Shown here in pieces: positions 11,805-24,871 of a stretch of DNA of 64,000 bases (positions are counted from its first letter, which is position 1; each line of letters opens with the position of its first letter). The DNA comes from Octopus bimaculoides (Eukaryota). The DNA is taken from positions 11,121,466-11,185,465 of the forward strand of contig NC_069000.1 of the NCBI RefSeq assembly GCF_001194135.2, written 5' to 3'. Made by a program: the position numbers and the translations under genes. A model generated the notes under the pieces. That model made no database searches and was not told where the DNA came from. It was given only the letters and a program-made list of their open reading frames with translations.

Positions 11805-12358
11805 TCTCTCTCTCTCTCTCTCNNNNNNNNNNNNNNNNNNNNNNNNNNNNNNNNNNNNNNNNNNNNNNNNNNNNNNNNNNNNNNNNNNNNNNNNNNNNNN
11901 NNNNNNNNNNNNNNNNNNNNNNNNNNNNNNNNNNNNNNNNNNNNNNNNNNNNNNNNNNNNNNNNNNNNNNNNNNNNNNNNNNNNNNNNNNNNNNNNNNNN
12001 NNNNNNNNNNNNNNNNNNNNNNNNNNNNNNNNNNNNNNNNNNNNNNNNNNNNNNNNNNNNNNNNNNNNNNNNNNNNNNNNNNNNNNNNNNNNNNNNNNNN
12101 NNNNNNNNNNNNNNNNNNNNNNNNNNNNNNNNNNNNNNNNNNNNNNNNNNNNNNNNNNNNNNNNNNNNNNNNNNNNNNNNNNNNNNNNNNNNNNNNNNNN
12201 NNNNNNNNNNNNNNNNNNNNNNNNNNNNNNNNNNNNNNNNNNNNNNNNNNNNNNNNNNNNNNNATGGAGACAGAATCTTAACTTTCATATATATATATAT
12301 ATATATATACATATAGATATATACATATAGATATATACATATAGATATATACATATAG

Positions 12359-12389
<31 letters not shown>

Positions 12390-12594
12390 CATATAGATAT
12401 ATACATATATATACATATAGATAGAAATGACAAGACAACAAAAGAATGAAAGAGACCTCGATATTATGTAAATAGAGGAATTCTTTTCGATGGCCCGATA
12501 ACTGAAGAGATACCAGCGTAGGTTTTTGCCCCAACATTCGAAACTCTGAGTTTTATCATGGCTACCGAATAATTGTCACATATTATATTTACAG

Positions 12595-12638
<44 letters not shown>

Positions 12639-13370
12639 TCTTTTATTCTTTTACATGGTTCAATCATATGACTGCGACCATGCTGGAGTACCACATTAAA
12701 GGGTTTTAGTCGAAGAAATTGACCTCAGGACTTATTCCTTGCAAGCCTAGTACTTATCTGTTGGTCTCGTTTGCTGAACTACTAGGTTACATGGACATAA
12801 ACACACCAACATCAGTTGCGAAGCAATGGTGGTGGGACAAACACGGACACAATGACACCTGGATAAACACATATGCATATCATCACTTAATGTCCACCTT
12901 CCATACTGGCATAGGTATATATATATAATGTACATACATTATATATATGTATGAATGAATGAAACATGGGCTCTTTCAGTTTCAGTCTGCTAAATTCAAG
13001 TCCATTACTTTTGCCGGTGTAGGGCTATAAAAGAAGACCCTTACCCAAGGAACTGTAGAACTATGCAATGGGATTGAACCCAAATCCATATGGTCGAGAA
13101 GCAAATTTCCTAACCACACACCCACATCCGCATCCTCTATAAACATATATTTTTTTTCTGCTTTTATTAGCTTTTGTTTAATAAACCATTTCTCTTTAAA
13201 TTCTATATCTTTTCAGCTGGAAATCTGCAGAATCGGTAGAGGTTATTTTAAAATGTTGGGAGCAATGCCTGTAAATGGGCCCTGTTTTTACAGGTCAACA
13301 TGGTCAAATACTTAAAGAATTATTGGTTACACTGCTGTTAATCTTTAATTTATATATATANNNNNNNNNN

Positions 13371-13431
<61 letters not shown>

Positions 13432-14346
13432 TTTTTTCTTACTCTACCTGCAGAATTTTTATTTCTATTTATTTATTTTTTTTCTTAACCCACTCTCCTC
13501 GATTTTAATGTGACCATGTCACACTTTGATGACAACAACAGCAACAACAACAACAACAACAGCAACCGTAACAAACAACAGTAATTATTGTGGTAGTATT
13601 CTCTGTTAATAGCCAGTGGCTATCAAGTGTCCTTTTATATACTATCTCTCTCTTTTTGATTCTCTTTTCTCTCTCTCTCATCTGTACTACAGGTGTTTTG
13701 GTAGGTATAGGTATAAAAGATGGGCAGTATCAGATGGGTTAAAACTTGGTGATTCCTACCTCCTACTACTACTCTACTACCATCATCACCACCACTATTA
13801 TTACAACACACCTCTCTCCCATAAACCTATGGCACTCTTTTGCATGTACTCCAGCTGCTGTTAAGTGAAGCAAGCTTGATTCTCGGGCACTGCCCCCTCC
13901 TATTCCTTCCTCTCCATCTTCACCCCACCCTTTCTTCAGCCTCTTTTCTTCCGGTCACTGGTCGCTCCTGATTGGTTGGCTGTTACATGAATATTTTCAA
14001 GTTTTGGTGCTATAAATGGCAGCAGGCTGTTGTGAGCCATTCAATAAGATAGTAGCGTCAATAGGTATCCATTTCAATAGGCTGTGACATCATCTATAGG
14101 ATCTCTGAATGGTTGTGACATCTATAGGCTTGCCCATATATGGATTAAGGCCCTGATCAGTTGTTTTCATAGACTTTATAAGATCATAATTGTCAATAAG
14201 TTTGATTAAAAAAAAATTTTTTTTTCAAAAATTTTATCTAGATTATTTTCCTGTTGGCAACATGTATAGGATCTGTCAATAGGTTTTATTTGTAGATTGC
14301 AAAATTAATAGGAGCAATTAATAATAATATCAGCCAATAAGTCTTA

Positions 14347-14577
14347 TTAAACCCTTTACCATTCAAAATTACTCTATCAAGTGTAATGTTTATTTGTTCC
14401 CATTGTTTTAATTTTTTTCATTTGTTATCTCCTAGCTTCAAGGTTTTGGTGATGTGATTATGTATTTTTAGAATGACATTGTAGGGTAGGTGTGCAAGAC
14501 CAGATCTAGCTGGTCTGAAAGTAGAACAACTAGGGTATTTAGGCCAGATATAGCTGGTTTAAATGCTAAAGAATTCA
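14347..14577. mobile_element. Degenerate piggyBac-type MITE
   Basis: Left end TTAA(A)CCCTTTACCATTCAAA; right end TTTAAATGCTAAAGAATTCA is a decayed inverted copy. Confidence 0.5.
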
Positions 14578-16819
14578 AGAGTTCAAATCCTGCTACGGTC
14601 AATTTAACCTTTGATCCTTTTAAAAGTCAATAGAATAAAAGTACCCTGTCAATTGACTATTCCCTGTCCACAAAATTTTCTGCTTAGGTGCCTGTGTAAA
14701 AATATCAATTTCATTTAATCTAATGCTATATTTTTTTAGTGAGACTGATTAATTTGGCTTTTTCTAACAAGTAACATAGCTCTTGGCACAGTTTGAGAGA
14801 GAAACACATTCACATATCATTCAACTTTGCATGAATTTCCCCCCCACATCCCGTCTTTTTTTTTTTTTTTTTTACATTCCTGAACATCTTGTTTGTGATA
14901 TTAAACTGATAAGGCAGTGAGTTGGCAGAGTTGTTAGCACACTAGCCAAACTACTTAGCAGCATCCGTGTCTGTCTTTACGTCCCGAGTTCAAATTCGTC
15001 CGAGGTCAACTTTGCTTTTCATCCTTTCAGGGTTGATAAAATAAGTAGCAGTTGAGTACTGGGGTTAATGTAATCGATTTAACTCTTCCCTCGAAATTGC
15101 TGGACTTGCGCCAAAATTTAAAATCAATATTAAATGGATTGAAACTGTAAATGCTCCCCCCACATTTTCTTGACACAGGTTGCATTTATTTACTTGATTA
15201 GTTTGAAATTTTAGAGATTTTAAGAACCTCGCAAGTTTCTGCAATTTCTGTTGCGCTAGAGTCCTTAGGGATATGCATACCTTGGTTTGCTAAACCCTAG
15301 TCTACATAATTAATATTCACTAAAACAATGCAGTTCTTATTCTTACATCATCAACACCCTATATTGTAACACCAACAACCCATGCGACTCACTTTCTACA
15401 CACTTGCTAGCCATTAATACAATACAACATAACCCACACAACTCGTATTCCACACAGTCACTGTTTCCAGCGTTAAACACACATAACACAGAGCAAATAC
15501 GAAATGCAGGCATCACACCTTCCTTTCTAACAACTTCACATTGCACACATTTCGTTTGACATGCAATGACCCCAAAACGACACCAGAGACAACAAAACAA
15601 AATCTCACAATAATACAATACTGATGCAGCGTTGCTCCAGTCTCTGAAAGGCTGCAGATGAGCACCACCTGAATGCTGGTGTGACACTCTCTCTCTGTCT
15701 CTGTCTCCCTCTTTGTCTCCCCTTCTCTCTCTTTCTCTCCTATCTCTCTTGCTCCCTCTTCCCCCCCTTTTTCTCTCATACTGCATATGCCACAGGGTTA
15801 AAGGGCAGGAAAGTCGAGAGGGTCTCTATGTTTGCAAGTGACTATGCAGGCCCACTAGAGCAACTGATGAAAGCATACCTATCCATGTAACTGCCGGCAC
15901 TTATCTGTCTGTCCATACACCTGTCCTGTAACCCCACAAGCAGCAGCAGCATTATAGTTTTTCTTTATTTCACCCTTAAGATTTTACTTTAATATTTTGA
16001 TTCCACGAAGAGGCTCAATCTGAGTTTAACGATATCACTTTGGTGTTGGTGTTGTTGTTGTTGTTGTTGTTGTTCTTGCAGGTGCTCTTGTTGTTGTTGT
16101 TGTTGTTATTTTTATTTCTATCGTATTTTATTGCAAAAAACAAAACAAAACTTATCGAATCATTTAACTCTTGTTATCATGTATACAACGTATGTGATAT
16201 GCAGATTATGAATGTAAGTATTATCGTATGGTTGTGCGTATGCATGTGAATGTGTTTTGTGTGTGTTTGTGTGTGTCTGAGTGACATCCTGGGGCTTTTT
16301 TTTTTTTTTTTTTTTTTTTAAATTGGGTTTTGTTCGAATAACAATAGTAAAGCAGTAATAATTGGTGCAAATAATTATAATGTCGGTTTGTACAGAAGCA
16401 GTGAATTCATCAATGGAATAGACAGACTCCAGTACTTTTACAGGTACTTAAGCTTTTGACTTCCAGAAGGATCCGTCGAAAAGGAAAAACCAACACACAC
16501 ACACACACACACGCACACGCACACGCACGCACACACACACACACACACACACATCTTGTTAGGCATTTAATCCAGCATTTAAGATCAATCCAATGGAGGA
16601 TCTAAAATTGAGATCTGTGTCGGCATGTCATCACAGTGATCGTCATCATTTTAACGTCTCGTTTTCTTTGCTTGCATGGGTCAGCGTTGATGAGATAAAT
16701 ACCAGTTAAGTATTGAGGTTGATGTAATCCACTTCTCCCCCCCTCTAAAAAATTGCCAGCCTTGTCCCCCCAAATTAGAAAGAATAGTGATATTATTATT
16801 ATTATTACCATTATTACTA

Positions 16820-17640
16820 AGATGGCAGTGAGTTGGCTGAGTTGTTAGTGCATTGGACAAAATGTTAACCAGCGTTTTGTCTGTCTTGATGTTCTGAGTT
16901 CAAATTCTGTCAAGGTCGGTTTTGTTTTTCGACCTTTTAGGGTTCATGAAATAAGTACTAGTCCAGTACAGGGGTTGACCTTGTGCCTGTCGTAGAAAGT
17001 ATTATTATTATTATTATTAAGGCAGCATGCCGAAAGAACTGTTGCCGCCGAGGTTGACTTTGCCTTTCATCCTTTTGGGGTTGATTAAATAAGTACCAGT
17101 TATGCACTGGAGTTGATGTTATCAACTTAATCCCTTCCCCAAATTTGAGGCCTTGTGCTTCCATTAGAAAGAATTATTATTATTATTATTATTAAAACCT
17201 GAGCTGGCAGAATCGTTAACACACTGGACGAAATGCTTAATGACATTTCACTGTCCTTATGTTCTGGGTTCAAATTCCACCAAGTTCGACTTTGGCTTTC
17301 ATCCTGTCAAGGTTGATAAATTAAGTACCAGTTGCATACTAGGTCGATGTGATTGATTGTCCCCCTCCCCACAAAATCCAGGCCTTGTGCCTATAGTAGA
17401 AAAGGTTATTATTATTATTATTATTATTATTATTGTGGTAAGTTGGCAGAATTGTTAGCACTCTGGATGAAATGCTTGGCGGCATTTTGTCCATCCTTAT
17501 GTTCTGAGTTCAAATTCCGCTGAAGTCGACTTTACCTTTTATCCTTTCAGGATCGATGAAATAAGTACCAGTTACACACTGAGGTCAATGTAATCAATTN
17601 NNNNNNNNNNNNNNNNNNNNNNNNGTGCCATTAGTAGGAA
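16820..17640 (+). mobile_element. Tandem array of four SINE A copies separated by (ATT)n
   Basis: Repeated GAGYTGGCAGAAT...GTTCTGAGTTCAAATTC...AAGTACCAGTT...GCCTTGTGCC...(ATT)n. Heavy CpG to TpG/CpA decay. Confidence 0.88.
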
Positions 17641-18669
17641 GGATTATTATTATAATCATTAAATAGCAGCTAGCTATCATGGGGTTGTATGACTATTCTC
17701 AGCAAATGAAGTCCCTTGTCAAATATTCATTTCCATTTGAGACCATTTTATTCATGTCCATTGAGAAATAAAATTCCGTGACATTCAGAGAAAGGCATGA
17801 ATGTCACAGAATCTTATCCCATGAAAGTCTTTATATTTCCTGTTCATATCAGAAATCAGTATTGTCTGTTTAATATTTCCACACAAGAATTCTATTTATT
17901 TAATTTATTTTGCTAAAAGACTTGGAGAGAACATTGCCTTTGGATTCATTTGTGCTCTATCTCAGACACTCTGGGGCAGCATGAGTAACCAACTGCCCTA
18001 CCAGGTTGTCATTGCCTTATATCCATCCATTTTGAGTCAATAAAATACATACCAGTAATATATTGGGAGGGAGGGTGCTGTCCACAAGATCACCTATACA
18101 TCTGTCCTTCTTCCAGGAAACCTGACTTACGGCTTCTGTAAAAATCTTTATTCCACATATGTTAGACATGTGACCGACTTAGTGCTTTAGCTCTTTGGGT
18201 TCAAATTTTCCTTTTGACCTTCTGAAGTTATGTATGTATGTATTTACCTGTAAAATTCTAGGGTTTATTCAATCAAATAAATATGTTCCCATCCTATGTA
18301 TTTGTGGCTTTATGCCAAATTTAAAAAAAGCAAAGTATTCATTAACCCTTATTCTCATGCTACTAGAAAAAAAAAAGGGGAAAACAATCGTTGTTGTTAT
18401 TATAATTATTATTACCATTATTATTATTGTTATATAAAACAGAAAACGGAATATTGGGATAACTGGTAACACAAATTATATATAAAAAAAAAGATTTAAA
18501 AATATTCAAAGAATGAAATAAAGGAAATTGAAAATTTCATGTAATTATGTTTGTTTGAGTTTGATTATTTGAAACAACTGTTTTATATTCACAAGAAGTT
18601 GTAGTAGCTGCTACATGAAGAAGCTACTATAGGCTGGAGCAATAGTTGTCTTGTTGTTTGGCCTTGATT

Positions 18670-18885
18670 CTTTTCTACTCTAAGCACAAGGCTCGAAAGT
18701 TTTGAGGGGTGGGGTCAGTCGATTAGATCAACCCCTGTACGCAACTGATACTTAATTTATCGACCCTGAAAGGATTAAAGGCAAAGTCAACCTTGGCGGA
18801 ATTTGAACTCAGAACGTAAAGACAGACGAAATACTGCTAAGCATTTCGCCCGGCATGCTAATGTTTCTGTGAGCTCGCTGCCATG
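18670..18885 (-). mobile_element. SINE family A copy
   Basis: Reverse-complement match to the family A consensus over ~200 bp. Confidence 0.88.
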
Positions 18886-19639
18886 TTGTTTGACCCTGAT
18901 TGAGAAGACCCATTGTTGAGCATCCTGTTTTTTATTCTCATCACTGATGCTATTGGCATGTAAAAAGCACCCAGCATGGAGCTATGCACCTTCACTGAGC
19001 CATGTGCCTTATTGGAGTATATTTAGAGATATGGGGTGTCCTGTGTTGTAAGCATGTACAGGAAATTAAAGAAATTAAAGGATAGCAACAATGATGAATT
19101 ACGTATATTTTCCTTTACATCCCACAAACCAATATAAAATAGACCTCTTCCGATGAAGCTGGTAGAAAGCACGAGTTGTATATACAAATTTGAAATATGG
19201 AAAATTCAAGAGTACTACAATTTTATTTTCAAGATCAATCAAATGTACCTTCATATTTTCGTGTTTTACAAAGTTAATTGGATAATTTGTGTCATGGGAA
19301 GTGATTGCAGAGTCAGTTGTGTGCAAGTTGATAAATGGCATTCAGTCGAAGGAAAAAAAAAATCGGATAAGACATAGATTTAAACTTGCAGGAATTTTCC
19401 TGTTGAGGCAAAGACCAAGAAGCTAAAAAGAGAAAGAACCAGAAATAACATGGCTTATACATGGCTTTTAGTGACAGCTAAAAGACAGTTTACATGTAAA
19501 TGCAGTTTCATGTTTTATATAGCCAAAGAAAAGATGGCTCACAGATTACTAACTTCCGATGGGCTAAATTAGTACAGATTTCCTGAACTATCGTGATGTA
19601 AATGTTGTGTACAACATTTCTGAACTGTGTAGCAGGTCT

Positions 19640-19820
19640 AAGATGGTGAGCTGGTAGAATTGTTAACACGCCGGACAAAATGCTTTGCGGAATTTCGTCC
19701 GTTCGGAACTCAAATTCCACCGAGGTCGATTTTGCTTTTCATCCTTTCGGGGCCGTTAAAATAAGTGCCGGTTGAGCCTTGGGATCGATGTGGTAGACGG
19801 AAACAGAAAGAAGCCCGTCG

Positions 19821-19871
<51 letters not shown>

Positions 19872-20060
19872 CCCCACCCACCATCGCTTGACAACCGATG
19901 TTGGTGCGTTTACATCCTCCGTGACTTAGCGATTCGGCATAAGAGACCGATAGCATAAGTACTAGGCTTACAAAGAATAAGTCCTGGGGTCGATTTGTTG
20001 GACTGAAGGTGGTGCTCCAACATGGCCACAGTCAAATGACTGAAACAAGTAAAAGAATAG
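19640..20060 (+). mobile_element. Chimeric SINE: family A 5' half fused to the family B/C 3' half
   Basis: A-type sequence up to GGGATCGATGT (~19790), then GGTAGACGGAAACAGAAAGAAGCCCGTCG, (TA)n(TG)n and the tail shared with 51500-51785. Confidence 0.75.
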
Positions 20061-20384
20061 CAACAACAGCAACGGCAATAGCAGCAGCAGCAGCTGAAAT
20101 GAAAAAAAAAAAAGTCAATTAAAAGTTTAATCACTGTGTATAAGATACAAGACACAACAATTCTTTGTACCGAAAATAAAGAATGGCGGATATATAATAA
20201 GATAATTACATTGAGAAAAATGATAACCGCCACCACCACCACCACCTTCTTCTTCTTCTTCACGAAAAAACCTACCCCTTTATGCTGTTATAATAACAAA
20301 ACCGATGACAAAACAAGAGCATGACCCTTACACAAGTTGTCTCCCTTCCTCTCTACCTCTCCCATTGCTTCTTAACATCTTTCT

Positions 20385-20533
20385 TTTCTTTCTTTCTTTC
20401 TTTCTTACGTTCCTTCTCTTTCTTTCTTTCTTTCTTTCTTTCTTACGTTCCTTCTCTTTCTTTCTTTCTTTCTTTCTTACGTTCCTTCTCTTTCTTTCTT
20501 TCTTTCTTTCTTTCTTACGTTCCTTCTCTTTCC
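20385..20533. repeat. (TTTC)n-based 30-34 bp minisatellite with recurring TTACGTTCCTTCTC, four units
   Basis: Direct reading. Confidence 0.9.
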
Positions 20534-21497
20534 TTGTCTATTCTAAACGTCTCACCCTGTCCCTCTTCCCCGTTCTTTTCCACTTCTTACAAGCAGATGC
20601 TAGTTAAACCTAATGTTATAGATGTAATAAACAGTGATGATGATGATGATGATGATGACGACAATTACAATGGCGATGAGGATTCCAACGACGACGATGA
20701 TGATGATGACGATGAAGATGCTGATGACGTTATTTATCAGTCATCTGTCGGCCATCTTGTTTTCCAACGAAGTCGCCAGCGACCTGTGTGCAAAAAAGAG
20801 GTTGAACGAGTGTATTTAAGAAACTCGATTCCAATACATGTTAGTTTGTTAGCGATTCTCTGCACCCAGTGAACTGGTAGTGATATTAGGAGAGTGACGG
20901 AGGTGGTGGTGGTGGTGGTGGTTTATGTATAAGAATATCAGAAGTGGTGATGGTGACGGAGGTACGGCGACGGGATGTTTTGCACTTAACATAATCGAAT
21001 AGACGTGTGAACTTGACTTTTTTCTCCCACTCATTCTCTTCGTATGTATCTTAACTTACCATATATACATTCATGATAGATATGATACACATACACACAC
21101 ACCTACATACATTTGTATACGCACGAAAACGTAGATTTGTCTACATTAGCATTTGTGTATATAGGCACGCAGGCGTGGAGAGATAAACAGACGTAAACAA
21201 ACATACATACATACGGACGCATATTCATTCAGTAATTTAGGAAAGACATGTATATAAACACAGCGCCGTGTGTGTGTGTGCATTTGAGCATGTATGTGTA
21301 TATTAATGTGTGTGTTTATGTCTTATACACACGTACATACATAAAATGTATGCACCATACAAAACATGGATAAAAATACATCGCATTTTATCAGAGTCCG
21401 GCTTTAGAAACTTGCACACACACACACACACACACATACGTGTATGTACCTACATATATGCTCATATACATGCAAACGTACGTACGTACCTACCTAC

Positions 21498-21562
<65 letters not shown>

Positions 21563-21572
21563 NNNNNNNNNN

Positions 21573-21634
<62 letters not shown>

Positions 21635-23042
21635 GCATACATGTATACGTTTTATGCACTTATACATAAACATACATACATGTATACATGCATACATACC
21701 TGTATACGTTTAATAGTCTCGTACGTAAACCTACATACCATTCCATCTATCCATCTCTACATACATGCATGAATACGTGTACGCACACAGTCTATCCATC
21801 AATACATACACAGCTCATATACTCATACATACACGTACACATACACACATAAATATACATCTATCTATCTGTACAAACATAACTACACACGTGCACGCGC
21901 ACGCGCAAGCACACACATGACGGATAGATCCTCCATCAGTTTCGACGATGAGCATTCGTGCTGGAGCAACGAGAAATAAGTGTCTTGCTCAAGGAAACAA
22001 TACACCACCGGGAATCGAACTCATGACCTTACGATTGTGAACCAAATACCATAACCACTAAGTCACACGCCTTCACTAACATACACACATGCACAAACAT
22101 ATACATACATACATACATACATATATATATATACAACTTATTTTATTAGTTCCTTTTGCTGAACCGCCATTAGGCTTTGGTCGGCCCGAGGCTATAGTAG
22201 AAGACAGCTGCACAAGGATATATATATATATATATATATATANNNNNNNNNNNNNNNNNNNNNNNNNNNNNNNNNNNNNNNNNNNNNNNNNNNNNNNNNN
22301 NNNNNNNNNNNNNNNNNNNNNNNNNNNNNNNNNNNNNNNNNNNNNNNNNNNNNNNNNNNNNNNNNNNNNNNNNNNNNNNNNNNNNNNNNNNNNNNNNNNN
22401 NNNNNNNNNNNNNNNNNNNNNNNNNNNNNNNNNNNNNNNNNNNNNNNNNNNNNNNNNNNNNNNNNNNNNNNNNNNNNNNNNNNNNNNNNNNNNNNNNNNN
22501 NNNNNNNNNNNNNNNNNNNNNNNNNNNNNNNNNNNNNNNNNNNNNNNNNNNNNNNNNNNNNNNNNNNNNNNNNNNNNNNNNNNNNNNNNNNNNNNNNNNN
22601 NNNNNNNNNNNNNNNNNNNNNNNNNNNNNNNNNNNNNNNNNNNNNNNNNNNNNNNNNNNNNNNNNNNNNNNNNNNNNNNNNNNNNNNNNNNNNNNNNNNN
22701 NNNNNNNNNNNNNNNNNNNNNNNNNNNNNNNNNNNNNNNNNNNNNNNNNNNNNNNNNNNNNNNNNNNNNNNNNNNNNNNNNNNNNNNNNNNNNNNNNNNN
22801 NNNNNNNNNNNNNNNNNNNNNNNNNNNNNNNNNNNNNNNNNNNNNNNNNNNNNNNNNNNNNNNNNNNNNNNNNNNNNNNNNNNNNNNNNNNNNNNNNNNN
22901 NNNNNNNNNNNNNNNNNNNNNNNNNNNNNNNNNNNNNNNNNNNNNNNNNNNNNNNNNNNNNNNNNNNNAACCCGAAAGAATTACAAAGACTACGGAGACT
23001 CGTACATTTTCAAATTTTTCTGTTAATTTTATCATTTAATTA

Positions 23043-23430
23043 ATTAATTATACAGCATAATTAATTAAAATGACCGACACGTGTTTCTGAAGTGTAGAGA
23101 ATGTGCAGTCGCATATGCAACCCGCAATATTCTACTAGACACCTTCATTCATTTCGTCCTGGAACTAAGGTTAATATGAAATCAAATACAAAGTAAATTT
23201 TATAGTTATATGAGGTTTCATCCTTTCCTCTTCGCTTTTCTTTTGTATCTAAAACGATAGTAAGATAAAGAAATAAGCTAGCCACGCATAAATGAATTCA
23301 GTTGGCTTCAAACCTCACTTGCGAACGAAGGTGCATATCAGAATATTGCAAGTTCCAAATGCAACTGCGCATTCTCTGTGTAAAAGAAACACGTGTCGGT
23401 CATTTTAACTAATTATGTTATATAATTAAT
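23043..23430. mobile_element. MITE-like element with ~105-bp imperfect terminal inverted repeats
   Basis: Left ATTAATTATACAGCATAATTAATTAAAATGACCGACACGTGTTTCT...GCAATATTCT...CACCTTC versus the reverse complement of 23325-23430. Confidence 0.85.
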
Positions 23431-23799
23431 AGTCAAAATTAAAATAAAAAATTGAATATGTACCAATCTCCGCATTCTTTGTAATTGTTTTGGATTTACA
23501 CTTCCGAAAATATTCATAATCCAGCGAAACCTCCCCGGATTTACCCATGAGAAGAATTACAGTGGAATTCCTCACTCTAAGAGATCCCTCGTGCTTCTTA
23601 CTACTTGATGCGGTTAACCGGAATCGACTATACCTGAGAGTTCTTACAGTACCCGCCTGGGTAATTTGTCCTTGTATACTCATCGTACATACATACATAC
23701 ATACATACATACATACAAATATACATATATACGTAGCCCAACATATCATACCATTTTGGAATCAGGCTGACACTGTGAGTAAATTAAAATCATTCCGGG

Positions 23800-24201
23800 C
23801 CGAATCCGAACCCACAATCCTGAAATTTCGGATTCCCAAGTTTTCATTACTGTGATTGCTTTCCGCGACTTTTTACGTGACTTTTTGCGACAAATTTGTT
23901 TGTACGATAACAATTTTTATAATCTAAAGTCTAACTTCGTGAGTACGAATCCGGACCTGCAATCCTCAAATTTTGAATTCCAATGTTTCCATTACTGCAA
24001 TTGTTTTCGACGATTTTTTTTACATGATTTTTTTTTGCGACGAATATGATCATCATTGGGATATGACTCTGGAGGAAGCAATTGCAACAAATTCTCCAAG
24101 ACAAGTCAGAGATCTTTTTTCAGATCTTCCCATTCAGGGTCAGTTGCTTAAAAGCTATATACTAGCTTAAAAGCCGCCCAACAGGGCAGCATTTAAGCTA
24201 G
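23800..24201 (+). mobile_element. Helitron remnant: 145-bp period duplication, Rep/Hel coding fragment and hairpin-CTAG 3' end
   Basis: ORF 23973..24170 contains EYDHHWDMTLEEAIATNSPRQVRDLFS, resembling the Helitron motif DDxHWxxTLEEAxxxxSPxQLRxLF. GC hairpin at 24173-24190, then CTAG (24198-24201) and T. Confidence 0.75.
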
Positions 24202-24220
24202 TATATATATATATATACAT

Positions 24221-24282
<62 letters not shown>

Positions 24283-24836
24283 TAATATATATGTGTGTAT
24301 GTGTATGTATATATATATACACACACGTACGTATATGAATATGCATCTAATGCTTAGTACATCTCCATCTTCAGGCGAGCAAACCAAATGAAATCAAAAC
24401 GCAAAACAAACACGACAATGATAACACCAAGATACTCATACATGGATGCACCTGATATTCTTTTCCCGTGTTTCCTTTACCCGACATAGACATCACGATA
24501 GTTTGGATTCAATAACAGACGACAAAACATGTCGGCAAACCACGGACAAAAACAGCACCTACTTCCTCCCACCCCCACCACCACCACCCCCATCACACAG
24601 ACGATACTTACGTTTGGCTGTTTACAAAACCTGTAGGCCAGTATGCGGTTGTTTCCACATCTCAAAATGAAACAAATAAAAGAAAAAAATACAAAAAGCA
24701 AGAAAAAAAAAACACAAGTCTGCAATGAAAACAACCATTTTGAAACCACCCACGGTTTTCGTCGTTGATCAATATTTAAGTACATAAGTGGCCTTATTCA
24801 TTTTTTTGTTATGTCAATATATGTGCGTGTGTGTGC

Positions 24837-24871
<35 letters not shown>

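Noticed and set aside
13217-13315. Possible alternative terminal GMDS exon after a strong acceptor
   Set aside because: No similarity to the conserved GMDS C-terminus; noted only as a candidate in the findings.
20700-20880. Unique CpG-rich stretch with a YY1-like GGCCATCTTG motif
   Set aside because: A short motif that occurs several times in the window, with no supporting promoter or exon structure.
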